Source of the DNA: Zygnema circumcarinatum SAG 698-1b | Taxonomy: Eukaryota; Plantae; Zygnematophyceae | DNA: 64,000 nt | Reading direction: 5' to 3' | Assembly (NCBI GenBank): GCA_037447605.1 | Contig: CM074806.1 | Coordinates: 2,480,001-2,544,000 of the forward strand | Shown here: piece after piece, positions 26,201 through 35,978 of the stretch | How the letters are laid out: each line of letters begins with the position of its first letter | How positions within the stretch are numbered: the first letter of the stretch is position 1 | Position numbers and translations under genes: made by a program | The notes under the pieces: model-generated | The model's input: the letters and a program-made list of their open reading frames with translations, nothing else | Told to the model about the DNA's origin: nothing | Database searches by the model: none

Positions 26201-27081
26201 GGAGAATCCCGGACACGGTCAGACGAGTCTATCCGGTGCTAAGTGTTGAAACCTGCAACTATACCGCTTACGAAGGCTAATGGTGTTGTAACTGCAAATT
26301 TTCCCGGAAATACAAAGGCTCCTATTCGGGTTAAACCTTCCGTACCTGTGCAGTTGAGGCTCCTGTTGCACCATCGTGGCCATCTGCAGGCGGTTCCAAT
26401 ATTTCATCTGGCACTTTCACCAACGGACTTGATAAAGGAAGGCTACCTTCTGCCTCTGCTTCAACCCTGCAAGCCCATAGTCATGGACAAGGTTGGAACA
26501 AAAGGTCTTGTGGTTCCACAAGAAGATTCAAACTTGCGATAGAGAGGAGCAGTTGTGGTTACTTTTCAGTGAGGGAAACAAAAAACACAGACAGGTCTCA
26601 CTCAGCCTATGAGCCATATGTCACTCAGCTATGAGTTCAGACAGTTCATGGTTCTAGAAATTCGGACAAAGTCTCCGGAGAGAGAGCAGCATCTGGAGGA
26701 AAGAAGCACGACGACCTTCTCCTTTCAAAAAGGAAAGTGATACAAAGCAAAAGGGGAGGCCGGGCGGGGAGTTTCAAAAAGCTAGCGAACGTACCTCATC
26801 CTTCTGTCACTTGGAGGAGCTTCCGCCTGAACCTTGCTTTCCCTTACATGACGCCTCCGACGTGAATGTGGCGACAGAAAAAACTGCTCCAGCGGAGGAG
26901 TCCGCAGCCATGATTCGGTGCATTGTCCCGTTGTCCCTGAGGTAGTACCAGGTGCAAGAGAAGTCTCCGTCCTGTATGCAGCAGTAGGTTCCGCCTGCAG
27001 AGCCGCATGTTGTGCCTGCGCATGCGCCTTCAGATGCAGAGTCGCCCCGGGAAGATGGACCCATCCTCCCGCAAGCGCCAT
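17205..27081 (-). CDS. SS4: Soluble starch synthase 4 (GT5) with long N-terminal coiled coil and transit-peptide-like N-terminus
   Basis: Spliced exons encode ITLDDLMVMIKDAEK|NILVLNRVRTRAL, MPWEFWSDLLL, PGMHIIHIAAEMAPVAK|VGGLADVV (KxGGL ADP-glucose site), LPVYFIEPLHPSRFFWRG, DIIHSHDWQT, CHNFEYQG, TTVSPTYA, GVLNGID, ITRLVPQKG, IPSIFEPCGLTQ, PVVRKTGGLAD and MDFSW. The stop is at 17205-17207. Exon 1 (27081-26795) and the other 5' exons are less certain. Confidence 0.92.
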
Positions 27082-27149
27082 TCGTGGCTGCACAGCCGCT
27101 GCTGCCACTCACATGTGCGGGGAGGGGCGAGGGAGGGGAGCGAAAGCAC

Positions 27150-27600
27150 AGCAGCTGCGCAGGCAGGCAGGCAGGCAGGCAGAGAGGAAAGGAGAGGAGA
27201 CGCTCTCCCCCGCTACCCCCCCCTGCCCGCACGCACTTTTCCGCCCCGACCGACCGGATAAGCTTCACGCTCCATGTGCCGCCGTTCCGCTCCGTTCCGT
27301 CGCAGAGGAGCGGCCCAGCCCGGCGCCGCAGAGCGCCACGTGGCGGCAGGGCCAACGGGCGGCTTCCATGTGCTCCGTCCGGCCGCCCGTCGGCCCGAAC
27401 TGGCGGCCTGGCGCGCTGGACGGGGGCCTGGCGCCTGTCGCCGAGGCGCAGAGACGATGTCCGTTGGGCCGTACGTCCGCCCGCTTGCCGCTTGCCGCTT
27501 GCCGGAACCCTAGAATTCTGCTGCGGTATGGATCGCATGTGCCTCCCGTTTGCCTCCCGTTTATCAGCTGCTGTACGGATAGCGGGAGGATGCACCGCTG
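27150..27600. promoter_or_regulatory. GC-rich SS4 promoter island with perfect G-box palindrome, I-box-like GATAAG, TGGGCC and AACCCTAG
   Basis: GCCACGTGGC at 27345-27354, GATAAG at 27257-27262, (GCAG)n at about 27158-27181, TGGGCC at about 27465, AACCCTAG at about 27506. Confidence 0.55.
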
Positions 27601-27698
27601 ACTACTAGAACAGCCTAGAGGCTGACTGGCATAGAACTGCGTGCTAACACGCGGCGTGTTCTCGAGCCAAATCCAAAAACCTCGCAAGCGACAAACGA

Positions 27699-28045
27699 AC
27701 GGTCAAAAATTACTACCGTACCGTACTGTATCCGCGACAAAGTCCCGGAATCCTCCCACGTGGCACGTCGCCCGAGGACACGTCCGGATGCCTGATGCTC
27801 ACGCGTGACAATCTGGTTCATGCACGTGACATATCCGACGGTCAAAGCGCGAAAGCCTCCCATGTGGCAGTTCGTGTGAGTACACGTGGCATTATCCAAC
27901 ACGGTCAAAGTCCTAAACTCCCTCGTGACAGTCCAGCGTGCACACGTGTTCTATTTCAACGGTGAAAGTCCTAAAAACCCTCCTACGTGGCAGTACACAA
28001 TGGTACGCGTGGCATATCGAACGGTCAATGGTCATTACCCGAAAT
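27699..28045. repeat. Degenerate tandem repeat of about 60-bp period; units carry ACGGT(C/G)AA and ACGTG-type motifs
   Basis: ACGGT(C/G)AA starts at 27699, 27838, 27901, 27959 and 28021. CACGTG occurs at 27757, 27823, 27883 and 27943. Confidence 0.75.
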
Positions 28046-28074
28046 CCTCATCCTCCTATTCTCAACTACGAGGC

Positions 28075-28355
28075 AAATATATCGCGCGTGTCGATACGGA
28101 CGAGTATATTGCGATACGAAGCTCGGCTTTATTCACCTTTACGATACTATACGATCCATTGCAGGACCGTATCACGCGATATATCGCAGATTCGCATGTG
28201 TCGATCACTGGTCGACTATGGCGGACCTCGACACGTATCGTCACACGATATATCTCAAAGCGCCTATGTATATCTAAATATTGCATAGTTATGTATCGGG
28301 ATATTTCCACCCGTATCGATATACCTCTTTCTTGACTTTCTTTAAATATCGTATT
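28075..28355. repeat. CGAT/ATCG-rich palindromic field of unknown nature (possible MITE remnant)
   Basis: More than a dozen CGAT/ATCG words in 280 bp, a perfect 12-bp palindrome GCGATATATCGC at 28176-28187, and an inverted CGTGTCGA/TCGACACG pair. Confidence 0.6.
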
Positions 28356-28474
28356 CGAGTGTCATAGGGCTGTGCTTCTGACACGTGGCGCGTGGCCATT
28401 GGCGCTTAAATAAGAACAAAGGGGCATTTCTTCCACCCCTCCCTTCCTGCGCGCCGTCGCAGGTCCCAGCAGCC

Positions 28475-30322
28475 ATGGCCATGGCCTGCTCCAGCGCCGC
28501 CCTGTGGACGCCAGTGCGCAGTTTGGATAATAATGCGAAATGGGAAGGTGCTTCCGGAAAGGTCGAATATGCCCGGCCGACAATGCTGGCACGGTCACGT
28601 GGAGCTTCTCGCCCGGCAGCCATCTCCAGCAATTCTGCCTTTTGCTTAGCGAGCAGGAAATGGGTATCCGGTGCTTTTTTGTCCAACGCTTTTAGTCCCG
28701 CTATCAGGAAGAGAAATGCTGCATTTTCGACGCGTAAAGTGGAGACCATACGGGCTGAAGCTGGAGCAGACGAAAAGGTATGCTTCCTTTTGAATCAATG
28801 GCAGCGGCCGCACGTCGATGAACGGTTCAGGTCGAGATACATGGCCTTTTCAGAGCAATGCGCCTTTTAAGATTGCTCTTTTTGTGAATATATTCTTTAT
28901 TCCGTGTGGTTCATTTGTTAGGGTTTGAAATGAAGCTTTGCACATTAATGGAAGCAAGTAAATTTTTGGGTCTGCAATCTGCTTACTTATTCATTTTTTT
29001 ATACTGACTTCTTTTTTGTTTGTTACTGGTGCCCTTTTCGGTTGAGTTGCAGACTCCGTTCGGATACACAAGAAAGGATGTTCTTTTGATAGGCCTCGGA
29101 GTCACTGTTTTTGGAGTTGCTCTCAAATATGGCCTGGAAGTAAGTGTTTCTGCTGATGTCTTGGTCATTCAAACGTTCGGCTTTGTCATTCGGTCGTCAA
29201 ATATACAGGATTCTTTAGGTTCACGGTGTCTTCAAATTGTCGGGAATCAACTTGTATCATGCTTAGAACAGATGCTATGATCAGGTGTCGTTATTCTTTT
29301 CAGGAATTTATGGGCTTTAGAATCTGGGGTTGTAGTTTTGTGAACTTGAATCTATCCTTTCCAAGCTCCTTATTTAGAGAAAAAGGAGGAGAAAAATCTT
29401 TGTTCATAGCAGGTTTGGTCCACCATTTTGTTGGACATTTACCTTTCATGGCAGACACTCCTCTCAAAGATTCAATCTGTACTCTGAAACCTATCATTTC
29501 GTTTCTAACGCTAATTTTGGTCTTTGTTTTCATTTGCCAAACTCATCATATTGAGACTAATTTTTTGTCCACGGCGATCACCATTTGAGGGGTCAGTTTG
29601 CAGGCGTGGATCCACTTCAAGCCGGCAACGTTGTGCAGATAACCTTAGTTCTTGGGCTCATGGTGGGTTGGACGGCAACTTATGTTTTTCGCGTTGGAAA
29701 CAAGGAGATGACTTATGTGAAGCAGTTGAAAGACTACGAAGACAAAGTCATGCAGGTGAGCACCGACATCGCGCATTGTGCAGCATTAGTAATGAGAAGC
29801 TCTTCCCCTGAACAGTGGCCGCTAGTAGGGCCAACCACAAACCTATCTGGGACGCTTGAGCTCTTGTTCTAATGGTTTCACGTAGCTGTGTCGTGGAAAA
29901 ACCTTCATCAATCATTGTAGGAGAAAATTACGCAATGAATTGCTTAAATGGTAGACAACTAAGGTATAAAAACCGACAATCTAATATCTTGCTCCTGGGT
30001 TTAGAGGTGAATGGTCAATTTGAAGTGCGATTTGCCGCGTATCTTATATTTTGCATTTTCAAAGTTAGCATATAATGGCGACTCAGTAACATCACCTTTG
30101 CCTTTTCTTTCCAAACACGTCGAAGTTCCAAATGGACGTGCCTGCGAGAAATTCTCGTCGCCCTTATGCTCTGATTCTTATATTCACTTTTCATTCGGGT
30201 TTGGGGACTCACAGAAACGTTTGGAGGAGCTCCCAGAAGCCGAACTCGAAGCTATGCTGGCTGAAATAGAGGAGGAGAAGTTGCGCATAAAGGAACGCCG
30301 AGCGAAGAAGATGCAAGGGTGA
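28475..30322 (+). CDS. DUF3007-family plastid membrane protein of cyanobacterial origin, 4 exons, 218 aa
   Basis: Exons 28475-28777, 29053-29139, 29597-29755, 30215-30322 (657 nt). Ser/Ala/Arg-rich transit-like N-terminus. Motifs FGYTRKDVLLIGLG, AGVDPLQAGNVVQ, GWTATYVFRV.NKEMTYVKQLKDYE and KRLEELPEAELEAMLAEIE. Family name recalled, not searched. Confidence 0.85.
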
Positions 30323-30939
30323 CGCTCTGCAACGACTGCGGAAAAAATGACTGAATTTGTGCTATCGTTACGTTTGAGGTTTGTTCGACGCTGTGCTTTG
30401 AGTGCAGTTCCGAGTGTTTTTGTTTTTGCCGGATCGCTACCGCCGGCAATGTCCCTTTCATTCTTTTTTGTAGTTTGGTACTGTACATAATATGGTGCTT
30501 TTGAACCTTCGTCACGCTTAAGTTGTTATGGCCAACTTTGTGAAATGAAATACGTTTCGCGTTTATCATGGATGTAAGAGCGACTGCAACTGATGTGCTT
30601 CTCGAAGTCCAGCTGTCCTCCGCTTGATTGTGTCTCGAAGAACAGTAGTCCGAACTTACAAATGGGGTCAATACAGTGCATTAAAAAAGATTTCACTAGG
30701 AACTCAGCATATGTTACAACCAGAACCACTTCCAAAGCCCAAGCTTTAGGTATGAAGACGGTGCCTGGCAGGGCCAACTCTGACTGCGCTTATGAGGCTG
30801 AAGCTTGGGCAATCTCTTGAACACCTATCATTGGCTCAACCCTACAATGCTTAACAAAAGTTTATCCATAGTAACCTAAAGAAACTGCGAACTACATTGA
30901 ATCCTAAAGTCCCGTTTCCGTCTAAATACACGAAATAAT

Positions 30940-33444
30940 CTATGAATCGAGCATTAATCTTAGGAGAAGCCTTCGACATCTGTTCAGCCTCTTTTCAACA
31001 GCTAGGTCTTCCTCCTGCTCAACGGTATAACCCATACTTTCGTACAAAGCGGCTGCTTTGTGGTTGCTGGCTTCAACATGGACATACAACGCCTTCAGAC
31101 CCATCTCCCGTGCAACAGATGCAGCCGCCTGCATCATCCCTGACGCGACCCCCTTCCGCCTTGCACTCGGCAAAACACAGAGGTTGAAAAGGTAACCTCT
31201 CTGCACACTGGCACGGTCCCCCGGGGGATAAGTTCCCTGAAGATACTCTCCAGGAAGCATCCGTCCAACCTGCACAGGGAGTAGCATTTAGTTTTTATTT
31301 CTTGTTTCATCGGCGTATCAGCGTTGCAATCAAACAAAGGAGATGCATGTCAAGGGCAGAAATATTTCATATCTGGCCTACGCATGAACTGTTGGTTATT
31401 TATACAAGAGAAGTGTGTACCTGAAGATCCAATGTGCCTACAGCCAGAAGAGTGGAACCAAATTGTTCAGATCTCTGCCGTGGAATCTCTGGAGGCCTTG
31501 TCACGTCTTCAGAAAGCACGAGCTTCTCCTCTACTGGAAGTGAAAAAAGAAGGGCTTCATGCTCTGATCGCTCACAGACTGCCAGAAAGCAGGTGACCTT
31601 CATACCAAGAAACAACATCTTGGAATCCTGCAGTTGCAACGGAACCTTTGATCACCAATGAAGTTATGCTGCAATTGAATAGACCAACCTCCACACCGGT
31701 TTACAAGTGAAACCAGCAACTATGCATTTAGTCCCCGTGCTTTCCAAAACCCCAATTCCGTCGTCTGGGATGCAGTGCAGTGCAACTTTCAAGGGTGCAG
31801 ACAACTGGAGAGTGGTCTTGAACACTGCAAAACTTTGCAAGTTTGGCGTGCTATGTTCATAAGTCATGGGCCATAAATTTGTCCTGCAGCACTTGGGAGG
31901 GAAAGGATGACTGACAAAGGAACAGATCGTCATGTATTGTTGCCAGCCCAGATGCTTACTCGGCTGAATTCAGAATCTATCTTGTTGTTCAGACTCTGCA
32001 GAGTGGCGGACTCATGGTCTTCTCGGAGTTTCGTTATCATTGCAGTAGAAACCTTGTCCTCGAAGGCAAATTGCGGATATTGATAAAACAACTGCGCTCT
32101 CAGTGAAGCAGCGGCATAACGTTCTTCTGGTGTCGTTGCTGGCAATACTGCAAAATTGAGTTTTTTGCCTTTGAATATGTAAATTTCTTCTCCAAAACCA
32201 GTGAACGGTTCTTCTAGGATGGACACCGCGAGAGCATTTGTCTGTTTGATAGCAGGAGAATTTTTGAAAGGCCAAGCGGTTCCAGTACGCTTCCATGGCA
32301 GGGGTTCTGGCAGACGAGGCCTGCCAAACGAGACATAGGTAAGGAGAGGGAAGATTTCAAAACCTTATTAAGACACAATGATCCACAGGAATTATCACGC
32401 ATATTTTCCTGCCTAGCCTGCACAGCCCTTTTAAAGTGCAATGTCTGCTGAAATTCTAATTACCATACAAAATATCAAGAAGTGAAATATAAAATCTACA
32501 CGTGCAGTGCACACGAGAAAGAAAGAAAGAAAGAAACTAGCGAAAGAAAACCAAAGACTACCTGCTCCCGGAAAGTAAGCCATACTTCTTGTCCCAGCCA
32601 TGCTATTGCAAGACATTCCGACTAGCTGTCCTATTTATCAAACAGCAAAAAGTCCCAACTTGTGCCACCATAAGAAAAATGCTACGCTCCCATCCCAAAC
32701 GTAAGTATTCGTATCCTGGATCAACTCCAAGTTCAACTTCGAATAGCTGATTGAGGACATGAATTCTACACCTAATGTGGATAAGAGAAGCTTTGGTGGC
32801 CAAGGAAACCGTCATTGGTGGTTTCAAGTTTGTCTGAGTCAGTCCGCTGAAAGAATTATACACAAGCAAGTAAGGAATTTCTGCACTTTTCAGTATTCTC
32901 AAAATATTCAAATGTTGTCAATCTCCAAATACTTCCCATTTGCATTACTAGTGTGAGGTCCTGCAAGGAATTCACTAGAAAAATTGTCGCATGTCTGGAT
33001 TCCTTCCATTCCCAACGAATTGATGTATCCAATCCACCACATTGTTTCCAGTTTCAAGGCTGTGCATACAGAAAAACATTAGCCAATTTGCAAGGAGCTA
33101 TTGATCAAAACCGATGGAGAATAGTCTTAAACCAAAAGCAATATTAAAAAAACCAACTCTTACACCCTTAAATCTAACCCGGAGAGCCCCGCCTCTCACT
33201 ACCTTATCGAGTAACGCCTCTCATAGTCAGCCGCCAAGGAAAACTGCTCCAATGAGAGAGTCTGCAGCCGCCATTCGTTCCTGTTGGCTGCTGAACCCGA
33301 AAAAAGTGAAGGCGCAAAGGTGGAGCCTACTACGACTGCCCCTTGGGAGGCACACACGGAAGATGATGTGATCTTCCAAAGAGCGCCATTGTTGAAGTTC
33401 GGAGAAACAGGCAGCTTGTGCAGACAGGGGAAGCAAGGAGACAT
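30940..33444 (-). CDS. GNAT-family N-acetyltransferase, probably plastid-targeted (5' exons uncertain)
   Basis: The last exon (about 31272-30940) encodes YLFNLCVLPSARRKGVASGMM (RxxGxA acetyl-CoA motif) and LYVHVEASNHKAAALYESMGY. An internal exon (about 32238-31955) has RYAAASLRAQLF. The start may be 33444 (transit-like exon to 33203) or about 32616. Confidence 0.75.
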
Positions 33445-33863
33445 GAGGGAGAGGAGCAGGGGACGAATTGTTGGGGCGGAGCAACATCTCTCGCTGTCAT
33501 GACGCCGTCGAGCGCTTCGCTCGCTTCGTCAATGCAAAACTCTTTCTCCCTTCGTTTCAAACGTGGAATGGAATGGAATTGAAGGGCCAGCAGCAAAGGT
33601 TCAGGGGTAAATTCTCTGGAGCTTGTTGAAGGCGACAGGATTACTGTGAAGGTGATGCAGGCGCATCTCTGCTGTGAGTTTGACAGAATTGCAGTAATTA
33701 TTACAGGGTTTCCTCCTGTTAAAAAACCAAACCCAGTAAGCATACGAAGCAGTACTCGTTCGGAGGTGGGGATAGAGTACCGTCCCTGGATTTGGGAACG
33801 GAACAAGAAGCAGAGTGTGTTGTAGGTTGTTGGGGTTTTCCGAAGACTTGCAGTTGAGAGCTG

Positions 33864-34316
33864 ATGGGGAAGGAGAAGAGTAAAAGGAAGTTAAAGACCA
33901 GCAAACCAGAAGCCGAGTTGGCTAAGGAGCCACCCCTGGTTAGTAAAGCAGAGAAAGCAAAGAAGGCTGTGACTGCAGAAAGTGTGCAGGAACCGTCATC
34001 GAAGGAAGAAATTGACGCCATTTTCTTGAAGAAGAAGGCTGCTGGGAATGAAATCAGAAAGAAAGCAAAGGAAGTGAGGAATGTTGGAGGAGCAGAGGGG
34101 TCAAAGAACGAGGTGAAAGGGAAAGGCGGCTCCCCCGTGGTCACTTCGTTACCAACAAAAAAAAGGAAAGCAGAGAAGCCAGAAACTACCCAGGCAAAGC
34201 CTAAGAAGCGCACGGCTGAGGGATATGCTATCTTTAAGGAGGAGGACTTAGGGTGGAACAAGAAAGAAGCTGGAGGAACTGCTCTCTGCCCGTTTGATTG
34301 CGACTGCTGCTTTTAG
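33864..34316 (+). CDS. DUF1764-family Lys-rich eukaryotic protein, intronless, 150 aa
   Basis: Single ORF with EIDAIF, KKRTAEGYAIFKEEDLG and the characteristic C-terminal CPFDCDCCF. Confidence 0.88.
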   Translation: MGKEKSKRKLKTSKPEAELAKEPPLVSKAEKAKKAVTAESVQEPSSKEEIDAIFLKKKAAGNEIRKKAKEVRNVGGAEGSKNEVKGKGGSPVVTSLPTKKRKAEKPETTQAKPKKRTAEGYAIFKEEDLGWNKKEAGGTALCPFDCDCCF

Positions 34317-35569
34317 ACTGCAAACCTCGTGAATGATGGCCAGTGCTTGTCCAGTCTCGCAAGGCATTTGCGTCTATCATCTGCGAGTGAAACCTCAACC
34401 TGATCCAATTCCTATTGTGACTGCAATCTGGCACTGGGCTTGAAGACAAGGTGAGCTTTCAACAAATAAGTCATCTGCTCGTTAAATGTCATTTCGGCTT
34501 TCAAGCATTTGTTTTGGCACAGGCCTTTTTTCAACGGTAGCGAGTGAAGAAATATGATTGAACTAGTCACTATCTGGCTGGCAATGGATTTAAATATTAC
34601 TGGGTGGTACCCCTCTCTGGCAATCCTCATTGGGAAACTGAAGTGTGTGAATTGACTCTGGTTTTTTCTTCCAACACGCGCCATGTTTTCAATGCATGGC
34701 ATGATGTGAATACATGTGCGAGAGGAAAAACCCCTCCATCAGGATGTGGAATCACTCTTATTTTCCAATGGTGGCAGTACGTGGCTGCTTGGAGTCAGTT
34801 AATATGTCGCTGCATAAGGTTTTTTCGTGTGAAATTGGCTTGCAATGTTCGCCGTGTGGCTGGCACTGATTTGCAAAATTCTCCCGTAACGGATGACCTG
34901 CAGTTTATGCAGTTAGAATGAGGTCCTATTAGACAGCACCCTATGAAACATCCCAAGCTATTGCGCTACGTGGCATGACCCTGACTGCAGGGTCGGCTGT
35001 GCCCAAATGCGTGCACGGGCGTGACAGGATGATGCATGCAGCACCAGCACCTCCTCCTTCACCATTGGAGGACTTTTGGGAGTTAGTAGGGTTCATTTGC
35101 CTGTGGAAAGTACGAAGATGGCAGTAGATTTAATCGCAGCGGCACTCTCGGTGTGGAGAAAGGCCTGCTTTCCGAGTCTCGCATGTGTGTCGCCTTTCTG
35201 CAGAATTCTAAGGGGGAGGAACCATTTCTGGACAATTTAGCTCGTATAGGATTGTACGGATCTGGATGAGGCACTGTGTCATTTAAAGGAACTACTGAAT
35301 AAGGGGGAGGTAGAAATAAAGTAAAACTCCGAATGCAGCATGAACTTCTGTGTTGAAATTGTTTTGAATTGCTTGTTGAATTTGGTGATTTAAGTGAAAA
35401 AAATATACCTAGAGGGAAGCATTCTTTTGGCAAAAGGAGCCATATTGAAGGGAAGAAGACAGGACCACAGGATGCTTTGAAAAGTCCGAAGATCTAACTT
35501 TGGAGAGGAAATAGACATTATTTTCTCTGTTTTATGTAGTTAAACCTTTGACATTGTATTGCCAATCGT

Positions 35570-35680
35570 CCGTCGCTCTGTTCTCTCTCGCCTTCCCGTC
35601 TCTCACTCTCTTCTCCCACTCTCTCTCGCTCTCTTTCAGTTCGTCTCTCATGTGTCTCCCTTTCTCCTCTCCCTGTCATG
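35570..35680. repeat. Imperfect (CT)n microsatellite
   Basis: Pyrimidine-rich CT/CTCG tract read directly. Confidence 0.7.
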
Positions 35681-35978
35681 GCGGGAGCTGAGTGAAAGAA
35701 CTCCAAATCCTGAAAAACACTCTTTTTTTTTTGTGTTCTTTACTGTCCTCGGGAAGTTGGTGCACGTCGACATGCTTGAATTGCCGACAGGTGAGTGTGG
35801 AGGATTCGATTCCCTGCTTCGAATGCAATTACTTCAGGATGTATCTTACTTCAAATTGTTTACGATTCTCCTAATTCATCGCTATTCCAAATGGTTGACG
35901 ATAAAGAATCAAATCAACATTTCAAAATTATTTGTCTTTGAGGTTCTTCTGCAGCCACAACCATTGATTGCCAAACTT

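Noticed and set aside
26807-27687. Overlapping GC-rich ORFs of up to 262 aa
   Set aside because: They span the SS4 promoter and first exon. Only the 27081-26795 frame has a splice donor and transit-peptide character.
27699-28045. CRISPR-like repeat-spacer array
   Set aside because: The repeats are short and degenerate, the intervening DNA is itself homologous between units, there are no cas genes, and the context is eukaryotic.
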